The notes under the pieces were generated by a model. That model saw only the letters and a program-made list of their open reading frames with translations. It made no database searches and was not told where the DNA came from. Shown one piece after another: positions 26,336-38,428 of a DNA stretch of 39,331 nt (its first letter is position 1; each line of letters opens with the position of its first letter). Where the stretch lies: NCBI GenBank assembly GCA_030141605.1, contig JAQGDQ010001468.1, positions 1 through 39,331 of the forward strand, in the 5' to 3' direction. This DNA is from Tubiluchus corallicola. Taxonomy: Eukaryota; Animalia; Priapulida. The translations under genes were made by a program, and so were the position numbers.

Positions 26336-27065
26336 GCGTTTTAATGACTGCAGACAGGGTTCAACTACTTTATCCTCTTTGTTTAGCTTTGGGACATATC
26401 TTTTTTAGAGTTTCTCTCAGTGCCAAATTTTTGATAATCCAGATCTGAGTTTGGTACCCCCTGGGGTACCAGGACCACACTGGTGTAACGGGATACAATT
26501 ATTAATGTCAAACGTGTATATGCAACATTAGTAGTCACCACTCATCAAGCCATAACTATGTTACATTTTTGCAAGATTTAGATGAACAGTTGCTGTAGTT
26601 GGGTATACAATGAACTTCCGCATAAAGGGGAGGAGTTAACTCTCACACTTCGCTATTATAAAATTTAATGGTGTCGTTAAACGTATCTCATTATCCAAAG
26701 CCGGGTCAAGATGTTCTAGGCCTGAGTTTTGATTAACATACTAGCAAAAGCAGCACATGTCACGAACTCCCGGCTTTGAGGGATTCGAACTAAAATACCT
26801 ACAGGGCGTCCGATGAAAAAAAGCAACAATCCAGCAACATTCCTGTTTAGTAGATGACATCTTTAATTATTAGTCATTTTAGGTAACGTTAATTCCAAAA
26901 CAATTAACTTTCCTTATCTTCTAATTTAAAACAAACTGCTAGGGTAACTTTAACTGTGGTCTGTTTTGATAATCTTGTCCAGCGAATGAGCTTAAATTAT
27001 GTTCCTACTTCCAGGAAAATTCTCGCGAACACGGAACAATTGTTTTCGCCTCATGATTTTCCTCT

Positions 27066-27505
27066 TAGTTCCTCGTGTGGAATTCTGCAGTCAGCAAGAA
27101 GATATGCGTCCTCTTCATGAGTGATTTTGCTGCTCAGTAAAAATCATGTTCCATTTTCTTGAGGATTCCTCATGGCATTTCCATTAAAATTTAATTCCTC
27201 AACTGCTTCCTCATAGTTCCTCGTGTGGAATTCTGCAGTCAGCAAGAAGATATGCGTCCTCTTCATGAGGGATTTTGCTGCTCAGTAAAAATCATGTTCC
27301 ATTTTCTTGAGGATTCCTCATGGCATTTCCATTAAAATTTAATTCCTCAACTGCTTCCTCATAGTTCCTCGTGTGGAATTCTGCAGTCAGCAAGAAGATA
27401 TGCGTCCTCTTCATGAGGGATTTTGCTGCTTAGTAAAAATCATGTTCCATCTTCGTGAGGATTCCTCATGGCATTTCCATTAAAATGTAATTGCTCAACT
27501 GCTTC
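27066..27505 (+). repeat. 148-bp tandem repeat, 3 copies
   Basis: TAGTTCCTCGTGTGGAATTCTGCAGTCAGC occurs at 27066, 27214 and 27362. Confidence 0.95.
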
Positions 27506-28882
27506 CTTTTAGCGAACAACAGTTAACATATTTCAGTAAAAAATTATAAGTTTTTGTTCTCTGTTTAATCATATGAACGATTTTTTTGTTTTATTAAAGC
27601 TACAGTGATACGCATAATTATCATAACTTATCGGTGTTCACAAACTGTGAAGTGGTTAATGCCTATTACAGCCTATTAATTATAAGGTTCATAATTACCT
27701 TGTGTAAAAGCATTGAATGCAGGAAGATATTTAAACGCGCCTAAAAAACTGTTTCCGCATGAAATGAACTTTCTTGCTGCATCACGAAATCGATTTTTTA
27801 CTGAAAATTTTACGATTCTGTAAAAACACTTTCTTGCGTTATTGTCGTTGCTTCGTCTGTGTGAAACGGGCTTTATTGCACTTGCAAGCACCGCTTTATA
27901 AAATACACCATAAGTTGACTGCAAAATTGTAAGATTCGTTTGAAATGTTAGCGGCATAGCGATATACACGGCTTAGTGAACTTACGGCAAGCGTGTTTTT
28001 TCTTAGGCAAAATATATTTTTATTGCTTTTGCTATTCCTTATTTTTGCTTACGCCTGCCAATATATTTATTTGCAGATTTACAGAAACTACATTAATTAG
28101 TATTATGTACCCTGAAGTAATGTATAGAGCATCTAGTCTGTATAACAAATGGTTGAGTTACATGTTCTTCACTAAAATTGAAGTGGGTTGTGGCAACAAT
28201 TATGTAACTTAAGGATTTTTTGAAATAATCGTCTATTTTTCTGTTGTTATTGTAATTATTACGTTGTGATTTAACTAACGTCTATGAACCCATTATTGTT
28301 TTTACATAATTATGATAATATTGATGTGTACGAAATAAGTGTTACTGTATAGGGCTATAAATTATAAATTAAATTTTCAGATTATTTTCATTACTTTTTT
28401 TCTTTCACAGTGTGGGACAAGCCCTGCTTTTTGATTGCCCGCAACACATCTATACTTGTATATATATATATATATAGCAAAACTAAACTATGGTATATCT
28501 AAACTAGTTATTTTCTCAATGTAAACTGTATACGAATTTACTAAGCAACATACAACAGCGATAATTCTCTTGTTTATCTTTCAACCCCACAGTGTTTTGA
28601 GAGTCAAGTTAGTATATTTGTAATGATGATGTTGTATTAAAGGAAGTAGCAATATCACTATCTTTGTTTACCATAGTTGATCTACGTCTAAAGACAATTT
28701 AAATCATTTTTTCCAAAATTTGCTTCCTATTATGTTTCTTACTGTTTGTTATTCATTGAATTATTGATAACTTTTTGTTTCTTTTAATGTATTAATTGTG
28801 TATTTGTGTTGATGTGAAATAAATAAACAAATACATAAAAATTATGAGAATTTTGAAGCATAGTTTCGCAACCTGATGCCAG

Positions 28883-28927
28883 ATGGCGCAGTCCCAATTA
28901 ACAGCAGTGAAAAGTGAAAACCACATG
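28883..28927 (+). CDS. Candidate first coding exon (MAQSQLTAVKSENHM) of the plus-strand gene
   Basis: In-frame ATG...ATG|GTGAGA donor in phase 0, compatible with the acceptor at 31172. Supported only by splice signal and phase. Confidence 0.3.
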
Positions 28928-31171
28928 GTGAGAAGTAAAAACATTTCCAGCGTGAAATGTATCAGAATTCTGAAAGAGTTTTCGTGTTAATATTAAAGAA
29001 ATTCTTTTGCGTTTTAATTTATAAATGTTACTGTTAGCTGCGTGCTAATTTGTACACGTCAACATTTGAATAATAGTTCAAATGAATACGTTAATTCATC
29101 TGGTCACTTTGCAGTTGGTAGCTGGAACAATTATACGACAATCCTAAGTAGATTTCGTCTAAAGTACATCAGTGAATATAGTGTTGTGTGATATAAGACT
29201 AGTTGAATTGATGCACTAGTCGTTATACTGATGCAAAGTTTTGCTGTGAACAGATTTTTTGTGTTGCACCTTTCTGTTATTTAGGTCTTTGCCTTTTTTA
29301 GAATTTTTAGAATTTATTGCTAGATTTACTATGGGCATACGAGTTTACAATAATAGTTTACACAGAAAGCATTATAATGTATATGGTACACTAGAGATTT
29401 TTGACTCACTAAAATATTGAGTCATTGAAAAATTACAAAAGTAAAAACATGTGCAACATTAAATTGTACTGGTCACCAAATGGTGCCGCAGGCGTTATAC
29501 GCTTTCTCGAAAATAACCATTACTGTCACTTTAATAAAAGAAAAACTTTATTAATTTTTACTTTAATATGTTAACTGCTTGTTTGCTAAACAAGAAAGCA
29601 GTAATCAGGCAGTTAAATCATAATGTAAATTCCACGAGGAATCCTCTCAAAAATGGAATGTGTTTTATTTCTACTAAGTAGCAAAATTCCTCATGAAGAG
29701 GATGCATAGCTTCTAGCTGGCTGCAGAATTTCCCATGAGGAAAATGGCGAGAAAAATTTCTCATTAGACAAAAGTAATGTTCTCCATTTTCCTGAGTGTC
29801 ACTAAGTTAAGTGAATCGAATAAAGCAAAATTCGAATATTCATTCCACATGAAACATTCATATGCTTGCGCCAACAATCGGCAAATGTCAGCAGCTTTTT
29901 CTAAATAATTACTGAAACAACCAGCAGTTCAGTCTTTATTTTTGTATTATCTTCCTTACGAAAATCTTGCACTTTAATTGACTTACAAATTTCTTGATTT
30001 ACTAAGTAGATTTACTAAACAAGAAATTCTTAAATCAATTGGGTGCCTAGCTGTTCAGACGTCCAAACAATAACTTGGGAAAGTTTCAGTTTTTAGTTTA
30101 CTGTTAAGTGCGATTATTGGATTAGGGACGTGTGGGATTTTTTTAGAGGACAGGTCCCCAAATCCATGATTTTCCCAAGCCTATTAATTTTATAATTTGA
30201 TTTTATTCACTCTTTATGCAACTTTTACAGATTGTTATGAAGACGAAATGAAGATTAACGGATTTGGTAAAATCTATAGAGGAGTTGTGTCCAATTGTCC
30301 ACCCTTATTTTAAAATGACGGTAAAAAGATTATAAATTTTATTTGGTTTGATTGTTTAAATTTATCAGAGGTAATGAATCTACAGGAACCAATGTAATGC
30401 AACTCGTTTGGGTGAAACCGGTATTTCTGCTGTCAGTGCACGACTTGTGTGGATAATTAACAGATGTGCATTTCTATAGTTCGCGTTACTTCATACAGTT
30501 AGCATCACATCTTTCTCTTTCTTTCTATTCTCTACTAACCTTTCTTTTCTCATCAAGTAGAAGAAAATTAGTTGCACGATTAATGGTATGACTATAATTA
30601 AGAACTGATATAAAGAATATACACACTGTATTGAAATAAACTAATAATGACTTACGTTGTTAGAGCCTTTAGCAGTTATAAGACAGCAATGAGCAAGTAG
30701 ACTTTATGAACAACATGTGACAGCAATAAATTCATAAGGAATTCACAATCATAATTTTTTAAAAAAATAGAGAAATATGACGGAGAGATCCAAAAGACAG
30801 GAAAAATGTCATACAACTGCAGCCATAGCTCATGAAAACTCAAAATGATAATGTATTGAAGGATATTAGGTGCTTCAATTTAAAAGAGTGACTACTTTAA
30901 AAAGTTAAATGCCTACTAAATCAGCAAACAGGTGGCAGCACCGTGCCAGTAATTGAAAACTAAATTATAGGCAAAAAATGATCTACTAAGGCTGCTAATT
31001 GTCATAACCTTCGCAATATCCAGTTGGGAGAGCTTAAGGGATGCATGTAGTGGGCAGTTAACAGAGGGAAAGTGAAAGAGGAAGCGTCAGAAAAGGTCTC
31101 ACGTGAGAGGATGTAAAGACTTCCGGAAAGTGTGCAATCATAATTTTAGTGGATTTGCTTTTTGTTTCCAG

Positions 31172-31320
31172 GAGAGAAGATTCTCCGACAGGATCAAGCA
31201 TCGTGCTAAGCGTGCCTTTGTGATGCCAACAAAAGACGATGTTTTTAATAACATTGCAGAGACACCTAGAAAGTTAAAACATTTAACACCAAAGAAAAAA
31301 CTAAATAATTATATGAAAGA
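31172..31320 (+). CDS. Exon of an uncharacterised charged, low-complexity protein
   Basis: Acceptor TTTGTTTCCAG|, donor |GTATGT. Encodes ERRFSDRIKHRAKRAFVMPTKDDVFNNIAETPRKLKHLTPKKKLNNYMK. Ends in phase 2. Confidence 0.6.
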
Positions 31321-31344
31321 GTATGTATTTATAAATGTGTGCTT

Positions 31345-31978
31345 GCATAGCAAAAATTGTCCATAAGTTGGCAATTAAGTTTTTATAGTTATTCACACAT
31401 CCTGAATCTCCATTTCATGAGGATAATTTTGATACCAAGTTCATCACTCTATGTTATTTCTAAGCTGAGATAATCGAAGTTGAGGTGCAGGCTGTGCCCT
31501 GAAAAACGTAATCTTGAGAAAATCACTATTAAATTTAGCCATTTTTTCTTCATCGCATTTCTGCAAAACACTTAGCAACTGCACAAATGTTGGTTGCTAT
31601 GGGCTTTGTAAGAACACACGGAAGTTATGTTTAAATCCAGTAGATGGCTCTGTCTGAGAAAGATCCGGGCTTGAGAACAGAAAATGGCAGCTTCCACATG
31701 TTGCTATCGGAGTTTGAATGGCAAATACAAGTTTTTTACAATTGCATTACTAGTTTCTAGACAGGTAAGTGAGTATGTGGTTATAAAATTAGATTTTTAC
31801 TACTACTTAAACATTTTCTTGACAATTCGATGTTAGAATATTAAAGTCCAATGTATTTAGCATTTGTTTTTATAAAAAAAATTGACATTTGACCAAATTT
31901 TTGGTGCATTCCAATTGCACCATCATAACGTAGTTTTAGACTTATGAACGATTTTGGTTTGCAGGCAGACAAATGTGT
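31345..31978 (+). mobile_element. Dispersed repeat family C, copy 1 (copy 2 at about 37024-37670)
   Basis: Colinear direct match, for example ATTTTGATACCAAGTTCATCACTCTATGTTATTT and GAAGTTATGTTTAAATCCAGTAGATGGCTCT. Confidence 0.85.
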
Positions 31979-32245
31979 AAAAATTTTTTACTATAAGGAA
32001 AATGTTATCACTAGTTACTAAATTATAGCAACCTGCTTTTGTGTTTGTTATATACTAGATTTGAAAAATAATGTGATTTTTTAGACCATAGTTTATTGAA
32101 ACTTAGGTTTGTTGTCAATTGCAACTGCCAAAGTGTTTAATGGCTTATGAGCTCGGCTAACAATTATTTAACAATGAGGTATAGTGAGATTGTAACAAAG
32201 TAAGTTAGCGCATTGTGACTGCAGATTTTCTAATTTCATTTACAG

Positions 32246-32360
32246 GACACACAGGTACAATGCAGACGAGTGTAATGCGCTTTCAGACCCCTCCAGTTTG
32301 AGCGACTTCATTGATGATGACGACAGTGACGATCCTAGTAGTGTAACTTCTAATAATGAT
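32246..32360 (+). CDS. Exon of the same plus-strand gene (acidic, SDFIDDDD)
   Basis: Acceptor TTTACAG|, donor |GTAACT, phase 2 to 0. Encodes THRYNADECNALSDPSSLSDFIDDDDSDDPSSVTSNND. An alternative in-phase donor lies at 32343. Confidence 0.7.
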
Positions 32361-32444
32361 GTAACTATCCTACTGTATTTACGTTTGTGTTGTGGGATTT
32401 TTGTGGCATTGGCTATTTGAACTTGGACTTTAAATATGTGCAGG

Positions 32445-32850
32445 AATGAGAATTTTCCGCGGAATTGAGAGTTTTTGGAAGACCAGTAGTGCCATTTTTG
32501 TAAATCGTGTAAATTCGTTGAGAAAATTTTTACGGACCCTGTACATTATTTCACAAGCTGACCGCTAGATGGCAGGCCGTCACTTTGTTTACATCACGTA
32601 AATCAGTGTAACCACGTGTATCTCTATGTATAAAAACATAGAATCAATTGTGCGGAGTTATTTGAGTCAATTGCAGACAGTTTTTATATACTTTTGCATA
32701 GCAGCGGCCAGTACTTTGGCATTTTTGAGACAATTAGGTATCATGTATCCTTGATAGTTGGGTATTTTAAATTATGCATGAAACAAGGTAATTGATATTT
32801 TAAGTCCACTTAGAGGCTCTCTATGGTCACAAAATTGCAATTCTTTGCTG
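32445..32850 (+). mobile_element. Dispersed repeat family D, copy 1 (copy 2 at about 38030-38428)
   Basis: Near-identical direct match, for example TAGTGCCATTTTTGTAAATCGTGTAAATTCGTTGAGAAA and TTTTTGAGACAATTAGGTATCATGTATCCTTGATAGTTGGG. Confidence 0.85.
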
Positions 32851-32890
32851 TTTATGCCCAAGTCTCACTATTTAATTTTCTTCTATACAG

Positions 32891-32991
32891 ATAAAAGAAG
32901 TGAGTGGTGATTCTGGCACGGAAGTGAGTCAATCAGCTAATTCATTGAAGCAGAAATCGCATAGTTTGCTCGTGAGTGACACTGATACTAG
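32891..32991 (+). CDS. Exon of the same plus-strand gene
   Basis: Acceptor TTCTATACAG|, donor AG|GTGATT, phase 0 to 2. Encodes IKEVSGDSGTEVSQSANSLKQKSHSLLVSDTDT. Confidence 0.7.
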
Positions 32992-34312
32992 GTGATTAAA
33001 TTTCTTCAGTTTTTCGTGTAATATTATTCTACCCACCATTTAATTTACAAAATGGAATGCCTTTAAACAGACAACAAACAATTTAATGAATATGTTTTTG
33101 TAGTTGATGAGCGAGGTTGTCACTTTTGTGGGCGTACTGTGAAAGTCATGTTTGAGGTTGTAGATCGAATCACTTTGTAGAAAAAGAATAAACAACTATA
33201 CTACATATCTGCACAAAACTGAAAAGCGTTTATTAAACTACATACACATACGTAGAATGACTGCTACACTGAACACTGAGAACAAGAGTGTCCTGCACTG
33301 ATCACTGAGAGTTAGACAGTGACTAGAAAGTAATTCCAGTCAGTATATATAGGTATAGGTAATTATGCAAACTTGGCTTCACAAAAACCATTACTGTAAA
33401 ATAGGGAGAGATCCAGTGAATATGCATACTAGGGGTGAGTTTAGCTAGTAAAATGTAAAAGGATTAGTTAATAGATGGCAGCACCTAAAAATATACAGTT
33501 ACAATTTCCACACATACAGTCTGCACAGACGTGTTGTAGCATGATTTGAATACATAGCTAAGTTGTATGTTGTCTACAGTACATATTTTTCTTTGATCAT
33601 TACTGATTGAGAATTTTTGGTAACCAATGTTTATCACACATAATTTTAAGATTTTTCTCCACCAAGAGCTTCTTGGAACTCATACAATCATTATTTATAT
33701 CTTTATTCCCCGCAAACATTCCGTTTACTCATTAGGCTTGCGCGCTAGTTGTGTTTGCAAATGTTTCAAAAACTTAATGCCTTAACATTGTTAATTAATT
33801 TTTTTTGTTGAGTAACGATTGATGAGATTCAATTGATTCATAAATATAGATATAAAAACGTCTATGCTTATATCAGCGCATTGCTGCAAAAAAGGCTTTA
33901 AAATTCACCGTGAGATATCAGCTGAATTGTTCAGAAACTGCTTTTATTTATAATAATGCTATATCTCATCTTACTTGGAAGCTGATGTATTGTGTTTAAA
34001 ATCAATTTATGTCATAATTTCTGTTGATCAGCAGATGCAACTTGCATTTGTTCACAGCAATTAATTCTTTCTGTGCAATCAAACCTGTTCTAATGACAAA
34101 TCATTGCATTTAATGTATTTCGGTGATAATTCTCTTTTGTATGAAACTTAACATAGCTAGTACAATGTAAAGTTGGACAAGTTATGAAATTTGATTACTT
34201 CCAGACTTGTCATACTTGCATTATGTAGCTTTGTTATTTGTGTTTACCAATAGATGGTGCTAGAAAGTCATTTGTTAAAGTACTCGAGTGTTTATCGCTT
34301 TTTTTCGGTCAG

Positions 34313-34413
34313 CATGGATGAAGAAAATGCAGAAGAAGAGACATGTCGTATATCAAGCAGAGCTCGATATTTGAAGAAACGTGCGGCAATAGAATCAGAC
34401 TGTGATACAGACG
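34313..34413 (+). CDS. Exon of the same plus-strand gene
   Basis: Acceptor TTTTCGGTCAG|, donor G|GTAAGA, phase 2 to 1. Encodes SMDEENAEEETCRISSRARYLKKRAAIESDCDTD. Confidence 0.75.
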
Positions 34414-34470
34414 GTAAGACAATGCCTTTGGTTTCAGTTATTCAGTGCAGTTTACTCGTCTTGCATGCTT

Positions 34471-34592
34471 AACATGACATGACATAACATAACATAGCAT
34501 TACATGACATGACATGACATGATATAACATAACATAGCATAGCATGACATTACATGACATGGGATGACATTGCATGACATGACATGATATGA
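34471..34592 (+). repeat. (ACATG/ACATA)n pentamer microsatellite
   Basis: Read directly from the sequence. Confidence 0.92.
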
Positions 34593-35194
34593 CAGAAGGA
34601 TTCCAACAACAATTGTAATTTTAAACAAACAAACTAATTTAAACATAACCTCGATAAACAACAAAAAATATTGTTTTCTTACGAATATCCTAAATTGTCG
34701 CAGGTCAAGGATATGCCGATAATGGCTTTTAAACACGTGACAACTGACAGCACGTACTGCAGTGAGCTACTGTACTCTTTCTACCCAAAGTACATCGTCT
34801 TATCTCAAACATGTGCGCAGGACCCCATGCGTACAGCAGCCAAACGTCGCGTTGTTTGGGCTGTGAAGCAAATTATACTTCCCTCACATGCGCTTCGGTT
34901 CCGTACACGTATAAAGAAAGAACTAAAGGAAAAAGATTATTATATTGAATATTATCGATAATAATGAGTGAAAACAGGGGGTGCTGCAGTACCACAGTAC
35001 GTATACACGAGCAGCCACTGCTATGAAGCCTTGTTTTTGTTCAATAGACTGGTGACTGCAGATACTATTGTAACCTTGCCTACCAGTAACATTAAAATAG
35101 TTGAATCTGATAGTTTTTGAAGCACTAGAATTTTGTACAGCTTGTTAATGGAGTCTGCTTGTCCAGTGCTTATAAACCTGAACCTACTATTTAG

Positions 35195-35289
35195 ACGAGT
35201 CAGTTGTTCCGGCGAAGAAGAAGAAGAAGAAGAGGAAGGATGCACACTTGAGCAGTGACGATGATGATGAAGAACAAGATATGGAAATC
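35195..35289 (+). CDS. Exon of the same plus-strand gene (poly-K NLS-like stretch and acidic patch)
   Basis: Acceptor TATTTAG|, donor |GTAAGT, phase 1 to 0. Encodes DESVVPAKKKKKKRKDAHLSSDDDDEEQDMEI. Confidence 0.75.
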
Positions 35290-35928
35290 GTAAGTACCGT
35301 GTACTAGATGTCTTGCATTCACTATATTTTGATAGTTAGTTAAATTATTGAACAATGAATTATAATGCCCTTGAATTTGATTCTTACATTTTTATTTATT
35401 TTCATTATTTGTATCAAGTATGGCAGGGGTGTGCAAATTATCTGACTAGCAGGGCCACATTAAACTTTCTTATCCATGATTCTGATCTATAAGAACACTA
35501 CATCTGATGAATCGATGAAATAGCCACTGATTGAGGCCTGTACTACTGAGCCTAAGCTGAAACTAAAATCTGGGAATATCAGGGGTGACCACACTTTTTC
35601 AGCTTGCTGGCTACTTACAAATTGGTCTGCCCAGTCGTTTTTTTTGGTCATTAAGGTAGATCATTTTGACTTGGTTATTTTATAATTTTATTTTTAATTT
35701 ATTTTGTAAAATACCCAAGTAAAAATATTCTACCTGCTATGACCAAGAAGACTTAGTATGGGTACCCTTTAAGTAAGCATAACTCTACTAGCATGTCACA
35801 GCCTCTGTAGTGTAGCTTGTGTAAGTTTTCTTGGAAATGTAGTAGCAGTGGGAACAAATATTCTATTATTTCATTAAGAATTATACAGGGAAATGCGTTT
35901 TTTAAATCTGAATGTTAATTAATTTTAG

Positions 35929-36066
35929 CAACGGACGCCATCATCGAGAATGCAGTTGTTGAAAGAGAGGAAAGAGTCATCAAAGCCAAGCAGCTCCTTA
36001 TCCTTGCTGAAACTGCAGAGAGAGAAAAGGCGGAAACGTGACAGCGGTTTAAATGATGTTAGCTAA
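35929..36066 (+). CDS. Exon of the same plus-strand gene (either terminal or ending at a weak donor)
   Basis: Acceptor TTTTAG|, phase 0. Encodes QRTPSSRMQLLKERKESSKPSSSLSLLKLQREKRRKRDSGLNDVS then TAA. Confidence 0.65.
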   Translation, partial: QRTPSSRMQLLKERKESSKPSSSLSLLKLQREKRRKRDSGLNDVS

Positions 36067-36271
36067 AAGTAATGTAGTAATAGTCATCTCCTAGTCAAGT
36101 TTATTTTATGCAAATCTATCAACATTTTTTTTGCAAAAGATTCCCAATATTTGTGCCTGTAGGCTTCTTGCGTGCTGCTGTGAAATTTCTTAATATGACA
36201 AGATAGTAGCACTTCATATGAAGCTGCATTTTGGAACACTTGAATAACCGTTTATTAAAGGATAAGAAAAG

Positions 36272-36935
36272 AGAAGTAGGTTTCAGAAAAACCGCCTTAA
36301 AAAATCATATTACTTTTTAGCAATTTTATGCGTATATCTTACTCGCGTTGAAAGGAATTTTAGTTTGTTTTCATTTTAAATCTCCCGCAATACTGTTCCG
36401 AAGTCGCCATTACATGACGTCATGTACCAAACGTAAATGAAGGGAAGAAAAAGCAATGTTAAATTATGTCTCAAAAGACTTTCCGTGCAAACCTATATTA
36501 CTTAGATTTTGGCTTACCTGCTAGAAAGACTTATGTAACTAGAAAAGAAAATTATTAATTATTTAAAATGTTTTCACCAATTGGTGAAATGTCGCTGACT
36601 CAACCCTCCAGGGTGCACCACTCACTAACCAAAAAACGTATTTTTAAGCTTATTGACAAGATACAGTAATTTTAAATTTTATTTAGTCAGAGACTTGTGT
36701 GCTACGAATGCTCTGATTATTTTTACAAACTTTACAAAATGTTATCTAAACTTGTTTCAAATGACCTGTCGTGAAAATGGCTGCGCCTAGCGGTCATCAC
36801 GGGAGTTTAAATTTACATTTTTTATACAGCGTGACTGCCGATTAAAGTCCTGTATGTAAAAAAGCAGTACGTAAGCGATATAAAATTTCAAATCGAATTT
36901 TTTAAGCTTGATGAAGGGTTTTCCTGTGCTTTAAC
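36272..36935 (+). mobile_element. Dispersed repeat family B, copy 2
   Basis: Direct match to 21169-21765. Confidence 0.8.
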
Positions 36936-37023
36936 CTGTGATAACATTAGACATATAGAGAACAAGTGTTTTTTGTTACACTCATTGGCTTGAAGAAACC
37001 AAAAAGCTAAATGTCTGCTTCCG

Positions 37024-37670
37024 TAGCAAAATTGTACACAAGTCAGCAATTAAGTTTTTCTAGTTATTCACATACCCTGAATCTCCATTTCATGGGAATC
37101 ATTTTGATACCAAGTTCATCACTCTATGTTATTTTTAAGCTGAGATAATCCACGTTGAAGTTGAGGTGCAGGCCATGCACTGAAAAACATAATCTTGAGA
37201 AAATTGCTGTTAAAGTCAGCCATTGTTTTTTATCGCGTCTCTACAAAACACGTAGCAACCACACGAAAGTGTGGTTGCTATGGACTTTGCAAGAGCACAT
37301 TGAAGTTATGTTTAAATCCAGTAGATGGCTCTTCCTGACAAAGATTTGGGCTTGTCAATAGAAAAAAACTGAAGGAAAATGATTGCTTCCATGATCTACT
37401 ATCAGAGTTTGAAATAACAAGCTTTTTGCAAATGCATTACTAGTTTCTAGCATGAAAAATGTGCACCGGGTTATAAAATTAGATTTTTAACATTTTTTGG
37501 ACATTTTCTTGATAATTTTATGTAGAATATAAAAGTACACTATATTTAGCATTTGTTTTTATAAAAAACAAAAAATTAACATTAGACCAGAATTTTGGTA
37601 CTTTAAAGCATCATAACGTAGTTTTAACTGTGCCGACTTGTGGACGGCTTTGGTTTACAAGCGCACAAAT
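37024..37670 (+). mobile_element. Dispersed repeat family C, copy 2
   Basis: Direct match to 31345-31978. Confidence 0.85.
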
Positions 37671-38029
37671 GTAGTATAAAGATTCTATTACACAGCAAAT
37701 TCTGTTCAGAAGGAATATGATGATCAAAGTCAGGAAGCAGGTGAGAAAAATCACAGGTGAAATCAGCTCAAGCGTGAAAACAGGTTGAAGGTTATTCATA
37801 GATGTTGGCTGTAGAAGCCAGTGAAATTAAAAACGGTAAAGAGCAAGATTTGACGCTTTCAACAAAAATACTTGAAGATGGCAGCACCGTGCATGATTTA
37901 AAAGGATGACAATGTGACAATTTGGTGTAGTTAGAATAAGTTCCTTCTGTACAGACATGGTTACGTGGTACGAATTGCTGTGTTAGTTATTGTTTCTGAG
38001 CTCAACATTCATCGAAAAGAATTTCGGGG

Positions 38030-38428
38030 ATGGGAATTTTCCGCGGATAAGTGGAATTTAGTGCCATTTTTGTAAATCGTGTAAATTCGTTGAGAAATTT
38101 TTACGGACGCAGAACATTATTTCACAAACTGACCGCTAGTTGGCAGGCCGTCAGTTTGTTTACATCACGTACATCAGTGTAACCACGTGTAGATCTCTAT
38201 GTATAAAAATATAGAATCATTTGTGCGGAGTTATTTGAGTCAAATGCAGACAGTTTTTATATATTTTTGCATAGGAGCAGCCAGTACTGAGGTGTTTTTG
38301 AGACAATTAGGTATCATGTATCCTTGATAGTTGGGTATTTTAAATTATGCATGAAACAAGGTAACTGATATTTTAAGTCCACTTAGAGGTTCTCTATGGA
38401 TGGTCACAAAATTGCAATTTGTTGCTGG
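38030..38428 (+). mobile_element. Dispersed repeat family D, copy 2
   Basis: Direct match to 32445-32850. Confidence 0.85.

Larger units (their letters stand above)
27012..29795. mobile_element. Foldback-like element with long imperfect TIRs containing tandem subrepeats
   Basis: About 29520-29795 is a diverged reverse complement of the left arm 27012-27610 (CAGGAAAAT end, one 148-bp unit, then the AGTTAACATATT..AGTAAAAA..TTTATTAAAG tail). Confidence 0.6.

Noticed and set aside
26770-26810. tRNA gene suggested by a minus-strand B-box GTTCGAATCCC
   Set aside because: No cloverleaf or convincing A-box was seen. At most it is a decayed SINE head.
35480-35530. CTGATGA-ATCGAT-GAAA hammerhead-like core
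   Set aside because: No adequate stem I could be formed around any NUH site.
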